From: Candidatus Woesearchaeota archaeon
GTDB lineage: Archaea > Nanobdellota > Nanobdellia > Woesearchaeales > UBA583
Length of the DNA stretch: 64,000 nucleotides
Direction: 5' to 3'
NCBI GenBank assembly: GCA_965205335.1
Contig: OZ242164.1
Location: 448,001 to 512,000, forward strand
Under the pieces are notes generated by a model. The model did not search any database and was not told where the DNA came from. It saw nothing but the letters and a program-made list of their open reading frames with translations. Below, piece by piece: positions 18,931 to 28,393 of this stretch (positions within the stretch are counted from its first letter, which is position 1; each line of letters opens with the position of its first letter). The position numbers were made by a program, and so were the translations under genes.

Positions 18931-20667
18931 ATGTTCAAACCAGATAAAATGTATAAAGTGACTCTTTTCTTTCAGAAAGAAAGATTAGAGGAAGTCATGA
19001 ATGAATTATACAGACACAAACTAATAGAATTCTTTGAAATTGAAGAAGAAGGCTTTGAAAGATTTGATCATGAGGATTTAAATGAACTGTCCCATTCCCT
19101 TCTAAGAATGCGTTCAACAATTAATATATTAAATCTCTTCCATAAAAAAGATTTAAATGACTATGAGGAAGATTCCATTGAAAAAACCCTTGAATTAAAA
19201 AGAAAATTAGACACAGAAGAAAAAGAACTAATTTACCTTTGTGATGAACTAAAAAGAGTCACAATTTTAAAAGAATTAGAAGTATCTCAAAAAGAATTAA
19301 ACAACTCAAATAAAGTCATTGGCTTCATACCATTAGTAAAAAAACCAATCCTTAACATTCTGATAGGAAAAGGAATTGAATACAGAACTTTCACATTAGA
19401 AACAAGAACATATTTCATAGCAAAAAGCAAGAAACTGCCATTTACATTCAAAGAATTTTATTTGCCAAAGTATGACATTGATACAGATTTAAACACTAAA
19501 ATTATGAAAAAAGAAAAAAGAATTGAAAATATAAAATCAAGTTTAAAAGAGATAGCAGACAATTCACTTGAAACTCTTAAATTAAAAGAAAATGGATTAT
19601 CAAAAAAAATATCTATTATGGAAGCAAAACCTAAATTTCTGGAAACAAAAAATTTTGTAATTATAAATGGATATGTGGCAAAAAACTCATATGACAAACT
19701 TGAGAGGGTTGTAAAAGAAATACTTGAAGACAAAGTTGAAATTTCATATACTGTTGCAAAAGAAGATGCACCTATTCAGTTATCAAATTATCCGATAATT
19801 AGGAAATTTGAAGAACTGCTTCAAATGTATTCTCTTCCAAAATACAGAGAATTTGATCCCACAATTTTGATTTTCCTAATGTTTCCGTTATTTTTCGGAT
19901 TCATCTTAGGTGATGTCTTCTACGGATTAATAGCTCTTATATTCTTTACAATTCTAAGAATTAAAAAACCCAATTTAAAAGACCTTCTTACAATTCTTCA
20001 ATGGTCAGCAGTTTCATCTATTTTCTTTGGAATTATTTACGGGGAATTTATGGGATTTGAGTTTCATGGGTCATTTTACGGATTCTTTGAGAGATCTTCA
20101 AATCCAGAAACATTATTAATTACAGCAGTTATATTTGGGTTAATTCATATCAATTTAGGATTATTAATAGGTTTCATCAATGCTCTTCCAAACTGGAAAA
20201 AAGCAATATATAACAAAGCATCATACATTCTTCTTCAGATAAGCGCATTATTTCTTGCTCTTGGATACATAGGCAACACATTGAATTTTATAATTTCAGG
20301 CTGGGGACTTATGGCTTTATCTCTCGTACTGATTTATTTAGGACACAGCTTTATAGGAATTATGGAAGTTCCTTCATTTTTCACAAACATTCTATCATAT
20401 GCAAGACTTATGGCAGTTGGTTTATCATCAATTGCAATTGCAATATTAATCAATAATTATACATTAACATTGTTCTCACAAGGAGTAATAGGAATAATAT
20501 TTGGGATTATCTTATTCTCTGTCGGGCACATCTTCAACATCGCTCTTGGATGCTTTGAAGGATTCCTTCACACTCTAAGACTTCATTACGTAGAATTCTT
20601 CACTAAATTTTACAGTGGGGGAGGAAGAGAATTCAAACCCTTCGGACAAATAAAAGAACTCAATTAA
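18931..20667 (+). CDS. atpI: A/V-type ATP synthase subunit I
   Basis: MFKPDKM, YSLPKYREFDPT, GDVFYG, LSYARLMAVG, LHTLRLHYVEFF. Confidence 0.95.
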   Translation: MFKPDKMYKVTLFFQKERLEEVMNELYRHKLIEFFEIEEEGFERFDHEDLNELSHSLLRMRSTINILNLFHKKDLNDYEEDSIEKTLELKRKLDTEEKELIYLCDELKRVTILKELEVSQKELNNSNKVIGFIPLVKKPILNILIGKGIEYRTFTLETRTYFIAKSKKLPFTFKEFYLPKYDIDTDLNTKIMKKEKRIENIKSSLKEIADNSLETLKLKENGLSKKISIMEAKPKFLETKNFVIINGYVAKNSYDKLERVVKEILEDKVEISYTVAKEDAPIQLSNYPIIRKFEELLQMYSLPKYREFDPTILIFLMFPLFFGFILGDVFYGLIALIFFTILRIKKPNLKDLLTILQWSAVSSIFFGIIYGEFMGFEFHGSFYGFFERSSNPETLLITAVIFGLIHINLGLLIGFINALPNWKKAIYNKASYILLQISALFLALGYIGNTLNFIISGWGLMALSLVLIYLGHSFIGIMEVPSFFTNILSYARLMAVGLSSIAIAILINNYTLTLFSQGVIGIIFGIILFSVGHIFNIALGCFEGFLHTLRLHYVEFFTKFYSGGGREFKPFGQIKELN

Positions 20668-20785
20668 GTTTCCAACAAATTTTAACTAAGTGTTCACCTC
20701 ATTTCACTAAATGAAATAATCATAACAACTCATCAAAAAAATATAAAAATTAGAACATAAATTACATAGCTAACTAAAATATTTC

Positions 20786-23521
20786 TTAATTACATAATGA
20801 GAATAGAAAAGTTGGTTTAGGAAGTGTCCATGAAGGAGTATCATAACTAAATGAAATACAATCTAAAAAGCTATTAATGGCATTAACATTCCATCCACTT
20901 AAATCACTATTAAATGAATGTGCACCTGAGAACATACTAGTCATATCTGTAACACTGCTTACATCCCACCCACTTAAATCACCATTAAATGAATCCGCAC
21001 TAATGAATATACCACTCATATCTGTAACACTGCTTACATCCCAAGAGCTTAAATCACCATTAAATGAATCTGCATCCCAGAACATATATGACATATCTGT
21101 AACACTGCTTACATTCCAATTACTTAAATTACTATTAAATGAATCTGCATAATAGAACATACTAGAAATATCTGTAACACTGCTTACATCCCAAGAGCTT
21201 AAATCACTATCAAATGAATCTGCACCACTGAACATACTTGACATATCTGTAACACTACTTACATTCCAATTACTTAAATCACTATCAAATGAATCTGCAT
21301 TAAAGAACATCTGTCTCATATCTGTAACACTGCTTACATCCCAAGAGCTTAAATCACTATCAAATGAATCTGTATCACTGAACATATATACCATATCTGT
21401 AACACTGCTTACATCCCAAGAGCTTAAATCACTATTAAATGAATCTGTATCACTGAACATCTGTCTCATATCTGTAACACTGCTTACATCCCAAGAGCTT
21501 AAATCACCATTAAATGAATCTGCATTAAAGAACATACCTTCCAAGTTTGTGGTACCTGTCAAATTCAACACATCCGCTGCAGATACATCTAAATTAGAAC
21601 AACTCGAGAAATAATATCCAGTATTACCAACTCTTAAAGTACCCCAGTTTCTAATATCAATAATCTTTTCCCTATCTGAACCATAAGGACCAAGAGTAAA
21701 ACCTACTATCTCTCCTGTAATCCTTACCTCATATTCTCCCGGCGTTGCATATGTATGAGTTACTTCTGGTTGATACCAACTTGTAATTGTATCATTAGTT
21801 CCATCACCCCAATCCACAACAAAATTATAAGTTCCAGAATAACGTAAAGGTAATTTAATCTGATTACTATTTGAACTCCCAGAACTTAATTCAGTTGTTC
21901 TCCAGACTGAAATAAATGCATCTTCTACAATCCTCTCACTACACACAGCATTAATGCCACCATATAACCCATTACAATTCCATACAATATGAGTAGAATT
22001 ATCTGATGTATTTAAGAAAGTACCCACATCACATGTATCAACATCTGAGTCACAAACACCATTTACTGGCTTTCGAATACTACAATAAGACATATTACCT
22101 CCAAATAATCCAAGACAATTCCACAAATAATAATTAGAATTATCTAAAACATCTTGGAATGTCCCATTTATGCACATATCAACACCCATCAAATCACAAA
22201 TTCCATTTACAGGTTTTGGAATATTACATGATGAATTACTTCCCCCATATAACCCAAGACAATCCCATAAATAATGAGTGGAATTATCCGATACATTCAA
22301 GAAAGTTCCATTTATACACATATTAATACTAATCAAATCACAAATTCCATTTACAGGTTTTGGAATATTACATGAAGAATTACTTCCGCCATTCAATCCA
22401 ACACAATCCCATAAATAATGAGTGGAATTATCCGATACATTTAAGAAAGTTCCATTTGTACACACTTCAGCTCTTACCAAATCACAAACACCATTTATTG
22501 GAGTAGGCGGTAATAGTTTACTGCATGATGAATTACTTCCACCATGTAAGCCAAGACAATCCCACAAATAATGAGTAGAATTATCTGAAATATCATAAGA
22601 TGTACCATTTATACACATATTAATACTAATCAAATCACAAATTCCATTTACTGGTTTGACTTTGCTACATGAAGAACTACTTCCGCCATTCAATCCAACA
22701 CAATCCCATAAATAATGAGTGGAATTGTCAGATACATTCAAGAAAGTTCCATTTGTACACATATCAACTCTTATCAAATCACAAACACCATTTACCGGAG
22801 TAAATATTATTGGACTATTACACATAGCATTACTACCACCATGTAATCCAAGGCAATCCCATAAATAATGAGTGGAATTATCAGATACATTTAAGAAAGT
22901 TCCATTTACACACATATAAGTCCTAATCAAATCACAAACCCCACTCACAGGAGGCTCTGAAAGATTTATATGATCTACTCTAAGCCTTATAGCCCCTTTA
23001 CTCTGTATTCCAATTTCTGTTTGAGATTCTCTTAACTCAATCGTAATCCTGCCTGAAATAATATCTCCTTCAAACAACTCCCAAACATACTCAGAAGAAC
23101 CATTCACATTACAATCAAAAATAATTCTTCCAATATCATACTTATCAAACGTAACAAAACTACTATTATGCGAATCAGTATCATAATTATCTGCCCAAAC
23201 ACCAATACACTTCTTCCCAGTATCATCTACTATCACAGATTCATTTGGCACTAACTCAACACTGTATCTATCATAATATGTAAAATAAATATGAACCTTA
23301 TCCTGAAAAGAAGAAGGTTCTGAAGTTCCTGAATAAGCATTTGAAGCCTCATAATTTCCTCTAACAATATTTTTGAAATCTAATTTCTCCGGAAGTATAA
23401 AATTAAAATCCACATAACTAAAAATCATAACTGATACAATTAAAACTATAATAAACATCCAACCATATGTTGTTAAATACTCAATTGAAATCTGAGAATT
23501 TCTACCTCTTTCCTTCATCAT
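20786..23521 (-). CDS. Pilin-anchored adhesin-like protein: class III signal, 7 Cys-rich repeats, PKD-like domain, 9 DUF285/BspA-type 25-aa repeats
   Basis: NS|QISIEYLTTYGW; PVNGxC..DNSTHYLWDCxGLxGG..C x7; VDWGDG..HTY..G.Y; SSWDVSSVTDMxxMF x9. Confidence 0.88.
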   Translation of the reverse strand: MMKERGRNSQISIEYLTTYGWMFIIVLIVSVMIFSYVDFNFILPEKLDFKNIVRGNYEASNAYSGTSEPSSFQDKVHIYFTYYDRYSVELVPNESVIVDDTGKKCIGVWADNYDTDSHNSSFVTFDKYDIGRIIFDCNVNGSSEYVWELFEGDIISGRITIELRESQTEIGIQSKGAIRLRVDHINLSEPPVSGVCDLIRTYMCVNGTFLNVSDNSTHYLWDCLGLHGGSNAMCNSPIIFTPVNGVCDLIRVDMCTNGTFLNVSDNSTHYLWDCVGLNGGSSSSCSKVKPVNGICDLISINMCINGTSYDISDNSTHYLWDCLGLHGGSNSSCSKLLPPTPINGVCDLVRAEVCTNGTFLNVSDNSTHYLWDCVGLNGGSNSSCNIPKPVNGICDLISINMCINGTFLNVSDNSTHYLWDCLGLYGGSNSSCNIPKPVNGICDLMGVDMCINGTFQDVLDNSNYYLWNCLGLFGGNMSYCSIRKPVNGVCDSDVDTCDVGTFLNTSDNSTHIVWNCNGLYGGINAVCSERIVEDAFISVWRTTELSSGSSNSNQIKLPLRYSGTYNFVVDWGDGTNDTITSWYQPEVTHTYATPGEYEVRITGEIVGFTLGPYGSDREKIIDIRNWGTLRVGNTGYYFSSCSNLDVSAADVLNLTGTTNLEGMFFNADSFNGDLSSWDVSSVTDMRQMFSDTDSFNSDLSSWDVSSVTDMVYMFSDTDSFDSDLSSWDVSSVTDMRQMFFNADSFDSDLSNWNVSSVTDMSSMFSGADSFDSDLSSWDVSSVTDISSMFYYADSFNSNLSNWNVSSVTDMSYMFWDADSFNGDLSSWDVSSVTDMSGIFISADSFNGDLSGWDVSSVTDMTSMFSGAHSFNSDLSGWNVNAINSFLDCISFSYDTPSWTLPKPTFLFSLCN
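20885..21560. repeat. 75-bp tandem repeat x9 (DUF285-type repeats)
   Basis: Repeated ATATCTGTAACACTGCTTACATCCCAAGAGCTTAAATCAC core; boundaries approximate. Confidence 0.9.
21940..22955. repeat. ~135-150-bp imperfect tandem repeat x7 (Cys-rich repeats)
   Basis: Repeated CAATCCCATAAATAATGAGTGGAATTATC core; boundaries approximate. Confidence 0.85.
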
Positions 23522-23616
23522 TACAGATAATTTTAACCAAACAGATTTATAAAAACTTGTAACCCTATCTCAACAGTATCCCCCAAAACTAAAACCAAAT
23601 TATACAAATACAAAAA

Positions 23617-23820
23617 TCATTCCTTAGCAATCAACAAATCACCAGAATTAATTGTCTTTCTGCCAGAATGAGATGCAATCTTTGAAGCCTTTATTGATAA
23701 ATCATACAAATAAGTCTCAAGAATTTTCCTTAATTCCTCTTTAGCATCATCTGACACTCTATGTGCCCCTTTCTCTTTCATTAATCTCTCAATTGCAAGT
23801 ATTGGAAGTCCCATCATCAT
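23617..23820 (-). CDS. Archaeal histone (HMf-like)
   Basis: LPILAIERLMK..GAHRVSDDAKEEL..ASHSGRKTINSGD histone fold. Confidence 0.93.
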   Translation of the reverse strand: MMMGLPILAIERLMKEKGAHRVSDDAKEELRKILETYLYDLSIKASKIASHSGRKTINSGDLLIAKE

Positions 23821-24047
23821 AAATCACCCTTTATCTGATTAAATGCTAAAATAACATCCTTTGACTTTATTGTTTTTCTTCCTGAATGCTCTGCAAGTAA
23901 TCCTGCCTTCTTTACAATTTTCTCACTCACTTCCTCAAGAATCTGCGAAGCTGTAACCTTTGCCTCCTTAGAAACTCTCTTTCCGCTTGCCTCTCCAATT
24001 AAATCCCCAAGAGGAGAATAAGGAAGAATATTTTCTCTTTTTGCCAT
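23817..24047 (-). CDS. Archaeal histone, divergent paralog
   Basis: LPYSPL..LI..KRVSKEAK..LAEHSGRKTIKSKDV. Confidence 0.9.
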   Translation of the reverse strand: MAKRENILPYSPLGDLIGEASGKRVSKEAKVTASQILEEVSEKIVKKAGLLAEHSGRKTIKSKDVILAFNQIKGDL

Positions 24048-24117
24048 AAAACTACCCAAATCCTCTTCTTTAAAAATTTTTTGTTGTCATTAACGGGAGA
24101 ATCCTGCCTCAGAGAAG

Positions 24118-25041
24118 TGTGCAGTAAAGTAGCATATGCTACCATATAAAATTAGAATTTTTCTAATTTTTATGAAAAAAGAACATTTACGCCGTGAATT
24201 CATAAAGTTAAAATGTAAGTATTCGTACTCTAAATGTCAAATACTTTTAGAGAAAAAGTTCAGTAGAACTTTTCATATTTCAACATTAAAGCGTTGGTAT
24301 AAACGATTTAATGATGGAATTTGGAATTTTCAAGACAAATCTAAAATCCCTAATAAAGTTTATTACAAAGTAACTCAAGAAGCTGAAAAAGAGATAATTG
24401 AGTTACGTAATAAAACTGGTTGGGGAGCACTAAAGCTAAAGCAAAAGATTAAATCTGTTCAATTATCTCATACTACAATCAATAAAGTTCTAAAACGTAA
24501 TGGTTTAACTCGTAAAGAACATAATCGTGGGCAAAGAGCTAAATACGTTCGTTTCGAACGTGAAAATCCAAACTCCCTATGGCATATTGATGATAGTGAG
24601 TTTGGTGAATCAGGTAAAGTAATTGCAGTAATTGATGACTGTTCACGTTACTGCTTAGGTATTTTACATGTTCCAACAGTCACCACATTTGTAGTTACGC
24701 AGTTCTTAGATACTTTAATTTCCCAGTTTGGAACTCCCAAACAGATAATTAGTGATAATGGAAGTCCCTATGGCGGGAAATCAAAGTATTCAAAATTTGA
24801 TGTTTGGTGTAGAAGAAGAAATCTTAAACACATTCGTACAAAGATCAAAAGACCTCAAACGAATGGAAAAGTCGAAAGACTTTTTGGTACTATTAAAAGT
24901 GAATGTTCTTTTTATAATAATGATTTAGAGTTATTTCGTTTTAATTACAATCAATTTAGACCTCATTTAAGCCTTCATCAGAAAACTCCTGCTGAAGTCT
25001 TCAATAAAATTGATTGGTAGCATATGCTACTTTACTGCACA
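24118..25041 (+). mobile_element. IS481-family element B (924 bp)
   Basis: Perfect 27-bp TIR TGTGCAGTAAAGTAGCATATGCTACCA; flanks CCTGCCTCAGAGAAG / CC--CCTCAGAGAAG (15-bp TSD with a 2-bp deletion). Confidence 0.95.
24172..25020 (+). CDS. IS481-family DDE transposase
   Basis: Same DDE motifs as element A; 5' half identical to A. Confidence 0.93.
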   Translation: MKKEHLRREFIKLKCKYSYSKCQILLEKKFSRTFHISTLKRWYKRFNDGIWNFQDKSKIPNKVYYKVTQEAEKEIIELRNKTGWGALKLKQKIKSVQLSHTTINKVLKRNGLTRKEHNRGQRAKYVRFERENPNSLWHIDDSEFGESGKVIAVIDDCSRYCLGILHVPTVTTFVVTQFLDTLISQFGTPKQIISDNGSPYGGKSKYSKFDVWCRRRNLKHIRTKIKRPQTNGKVERLFGTIKSECSFYNNDLELFRFNYNQFRPHLSLHQKTPAEVFNKIDW

Positions 25042-25100
25042 CCCCTCAGAGAAGTTAGATTTATAAAGTCACTCAAAGATATATAACTATATTCTAAATT

Positions 25101-25173
25101 GGGGCTGTAGTATAATCTGGCAGAACAGCTGGCTCCAGACCAGCAGATGCGGGTTCAAATCCTGTCGGCCTCA
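25101..25173 (+). tRNA. tRNA-Trp (CCA), intronless, CCA end not encoded
   Basis: Acceptor GGGGCTG/CGGCCTC-A; anticodon arm GCTGG-CTCCAGA-CCAGC; T arm GCGGG-TTCAAAT-CCTGT; TTTATAAA at 25060-67. Confidence 0.95.
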
Positions 25174-25304
25174 CTTCATAAAATATTCATATGAATCTAA
25201 AAAATATCTAATAAACCACAACCTCAAACCAAAACCAATATAATAAATCACTATTTTAAAGTAGTTACCCAAAATCTTTTAAATATATTATCATTACTAT
25301 AGTT

Positions 25305-25940
25305 ATGAATAGAATAGCCAATTTACCAAAACATGATACTACTTCAAACTTCAATATCAAATCTACAAGTCTTTATGACAGAATCAGAGTTATAGAAGTA
25401 TTATTTATACCTTCATTAAAAACTGAAGAAGTATTAAAAACTGAAGAAGTATTAAAAACTGAAGAAGTATTAAAAACTGAAGAAAATTGCATATATGAAC
25501 AGGTTTATGAATACCTAACGCAAAATTGTCAAACAAAAGAAATTAGGGAGAAAGATATAGAAAACAACAGATATAAAATAAAAAGAATAGTTCCTAGAGA
25601 TATCTCTACTGTTCAGGTAAACAATTTAGTATTAGAGAAATCACTAGACGGTATTATGAGTATTGAAGAATCCCTTATGAAAATATACCCTACAGTAGTA
25701 CTCTTAGAAAAATTTATTAATGACCCAACAAAATACAACAGAGAAAAATTAATAGATAAAGATACTAAAATGAGCAGAGAATTAGGAGATCTTGTAGGTC
25801 TCAATAATATTAGCAAAAAAGAAATAACAGAAAGAGCAAGATACTTAGATGATCCATATGTATTTAATAAAAGACCAAAATTAATGGAATACATAAAGAG
25901 AAAAAGAAAATACATATTACAAAATTTTTATACAGAATAG
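25305..25940 (+). CDS. Hypothetical protein with in-frame LKTEEV tandem repeat
   Basis: 211-aa ORF with an upstream TATA-like box; no recognised family. Confidence 0.6.
   Translation: MNRIANLPKHDTTSNFNIKSTSLYDRIRVIEVLFIPSLKTEEVLKTEEVLKTEEVLKTEENCIYEQVYEYLTQNCQTKEIREKDIENNRYKIKRIVPRDISTVQVNNLVLEKSLDGIMSIEESLMKIYPTVVLLEKFINDPTKYNREKLIDKDTKMSRELGDLVGLNNISKKEITERARYLDDPYVFNKRPKLMEYIKRKRKYILQNFYTE
25415..25484. repeat. 18-bp tandem repeat x~3.9
   Basis: ATTAAAAACTGAAGAAGT repeated. Confidence 0.9.
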
Positions 25941-25967
25941 ATTAAAGAATACTCATAGCAAATAACA

Positions 25968-27653
25968 TTACTTCATCAATTCAAAAATATCACTTATCAC
26001 CAATTCAAACGCACATACTGGAACTAACAATCCAAAATTTTCCAGAACCTGTGGACGAATCTCTCCGATAAACCCAACACTCTTACTCTTATAAAAAATC
26101 TCGGCCGCCCTGCCCTCAATCAAAAAAGAAACATTACTTAACTCTTTTACATCAAAATCCAAACCATTTAATTTAGCAAAAGTATCAAGCACCCCTTTAA
26201 TAACAGTATAATTTGAATTAGGATCTGCAACTGCAACACACAAATGCAGACAATCCCTTGACTTAGTATCTGTCTTAGAGTCAGACTTAATAACAAAACC
26301 ACTCTCAAAAACCTTCTGAGGATACTTATTCCTGCGATTAATATGAAGCGATTCTAAAATCTCTGGAAGAACCCTTGCTCTTATCATATTAAGCCCCTGC
26401 TCCTCACAATCAACTAACTTCACATAATTCTTATCCCCTTTTCCAAGTTCCATTTTTCTAAATTGCGTCTGAACCGAAGTAAGCATATAAGTATACAACT
26501 GTATAAAACCAAAACCAACCATCGTATCATTTAACCTATCACGAAAATCAGACAAAACAAGAGTCTCCCCAATAGACGAAACAGATGGAAACCTCAAACC
26601 AATATTATTATAGCCATAAGCCCTTGCAATATCATCTGCAATATCACAATCATGCCAAATATCTGTTCTAAAAGGAGGAACTAACACAGTCAATTTATCA
26701 CCTTTAATTTTCTTCAAGCCAAGCATAACCTTATTCAAAAGTTTCTCAACCTGATTAGGTTTTATACTAAATCCAATTAATTTATTTACATACTCTAAAC
26801 TTACATCAAACTCAGTATTACCTAAGTCAATCTCATACTTTGAACCATCTGGATACTTAACACTCACTGCCTGAGCCTTTGCTCCCATTTCAATAAAAGT
26901 TGTAACTATAACCTTAAGCAGACTATCCAGATAAGTCAAATTATGCCCTGAAATCTCAATAAACAAATCCCTGTGATGCAAACCAACACGCCCGCTACTA
27001 TGAGAATTAATAATTGGAGGCATGCTTAAAACATTCTCGTTCTTATCACGAAAAACAGGAAAATAATCAAGTTCAGACAGCAGATGAGCATACTTTTTCC
27101 CTGTATCATGATACTTTAATATCTCATACCCATTCATCTCCTTATCTGATTCCAATGGACGAAAAACAATATCCTTTGGTTTCTGAGCCGTAAAACTTAC
27201 AGGAAACTCAAAATCATCACAGGGATAAACTCCTATACTTGCCTTCTTACGGTTTCTCCCAAAACTCTCATGAATCTTCTCCTGAATCTCAATCATCTCA
27301 TCAAGCAGTTCCTCACTCATATCAACATCACGCAAAATAACACAGACTGTCTTGGGACGGACTTTCTCTGCCATCCTATAAACAATCACACTATCTTCTG
27401 CCTTAGAAACCTTATACTTAGGAAGTTCCTTATCAAAACCCCTATAATATCTAATAGCCCTTGAAATTCCGGCAACAGAAACCATATCTGTCTTCTCAGA
27501 AGTAATCTCAATCTTTAATGTGGGATCTCTCTCGCCTGAATCTCCCTTAACATCCATCCCCATATCCTTTAAAGTTTCCTCAATCTCACTAACAGATAAC
27601 TTTTTGCCAATATACTTAACCAACTTAGAATGCTTTGCATAAACATATACCAT
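25968..27653 (-). CDS. pheT: Phenylalanyl-tRNA synthetase beta subunit
   Basis: IQEKIH..GRNRKKASIG, VLSMPPIINS, PPFRTDIWHDCDIADDIARAYGY. Confidence 0.95.
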   Translation of the reverse strand: MVYVYAKHSKLVKYIGKKLSVSEIEETLKDMGMDVKGDSGERDPTLKIEITSEKTDMVSVAGISRAIRYYRGFDKELPKYKVSKAEDSVIVYRMAEKVRPKTVCVILRDVDMSEELLDEMIEIQEKIHESFGRNRKKASIGVYPCDDFEFPVSFTAQKPKDIVFRPLESDKEMNGYEILKYHDTGKKYAHLLSELDYFPVFRDKNENVLSMPPIINSHSSGRVGLHHRDLFIEISGHNLTYLDSLLKVIVTTFIEMGAKAQAVSVKYPDGSKYEIDLGNTEFDVSLEYVNKLIGFSIKPNQVEKLLNKVMLGLKKIKGDKLTVLVPPFRTDIWHDCDIADDIARAYGYNNIGLRFPSVSSIGETLVLSDFRDRLNDTMVGFGFIQLYTYMLTSVQTQFRKMELGKGDKNYVKLVDCEEQGLNMIRARVLPEILESLHINRRNKYPQKVFESGFVIKSDSKTDTKSRDCLHLCVAVADPNSNYTVIKGVLDTFAKLNGLDFDVKELSNVSFLIEGRAAEIFYKSKSVGFIGEIRPQVLENFGLLVPVCAFELVISDIFELMK

Positions 27654-27829
27654 CTTATCCTATATAGAATCACTTAAAATAAAAGATTTATATACTTTTT
27701 GTTAATAAGATTCTAAGCAGAACTATCTTGTTATAATATTTAATATCTACAAAACTAAATCTTACTCTAATTGTTCGTTACTATATAGATTATATATGTA
27801 TTTTTAAATCTCATTTTTGGAGTGGAGAT

Positions 27830-28276
27830 ATGGCTAAACTATTTTCTATAAAAACTGAGTACTCTCAAAAAATCCTTAGAAACGAAAAATTAGTAGAATT
27901 TAGAAGGCAAGACGTTAATGTAAAAGAAAACGAAACTTGTTTTATTTACAGCAGTGGAATTGATAGAAAAATTTTAGGTTACTTTTTAGTGAAAGAAAAA
28001 TTAAGGGGAAATATTCATAAGTTGTGGGAAAAAACAAAAGATTCAGGAGGAATTACTAAAAAAGAGTTCTTTGATTATTTTAAAGGATGTAGGATAGGAA
28101 CTGCCATTATTCTTAAAAAAGTTAAAAAATTTGCACAAGAAATTTCTCTCTATGATTTAAAGAAGAAAATCCCAAACTTCAAACCCCCTCAATCATATTA
28201 CAATCTAAATAGTGAATTGAAAGATGTTATTCGTAAAGAATTAGGAAATTATAACAAGGAACTATCTATTAAATAA
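27830..28276 (+). CDS. ASCH (PUA-like) domain protein
   Basis: SIKTEYSQKIL..KLVEFRR..IYSS..ILGYF..LW..GIT..F..YF..PPQSY pattern. Confidence 0.85.
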   Translation: MAKLFSIKTEYSQKILRNEKLVEFRRQDVNVKENETCFIYSSGIDRKILGYFLVKEKLRGNIHKLWEKTKDSGGITKKEFFDYFKGCRIGTAIILKKVKKFAQEISLYDLKKKIPNFKPPQSYYNLNSELKDVIRKELGNYNKELSIK

Positions 28277-28279
28277 CCT

Positions 28280-28388
28280 TTCTTTAAATCATTAATCACT
28301 CTCAATAATTGTTCTAAGGAATTTAATTTGAAAGTTGATTGTAATCTTCTCTTGAAATCAAAATATTAGTGTCAAATAAAATCTTCAT
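28280..28388 (-). pseudogene. PIN-domain gene N-terminal relic
   Basis: MKILFDTNILISREDYNQLSN*; removing a 5-bp AAATT duplication restores ..SNSLEQLLRVINDLK. DTN is the first PIN motif. Confidence 0.6.
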
Positions 28389-28393
28389 AAAGA

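Noticed and set aside
20786-23521. Diversity-generating retroelement target
   Set aside because: No reverse transcriptase or TR/VR pair with adenine-specific differences was seen; the variation fits repeat recombination.
25101-25940. Integrative element at tRNA-Trp
   Set aside because: No integrase and no duplicated tRNA 3' end found by eye in the window.
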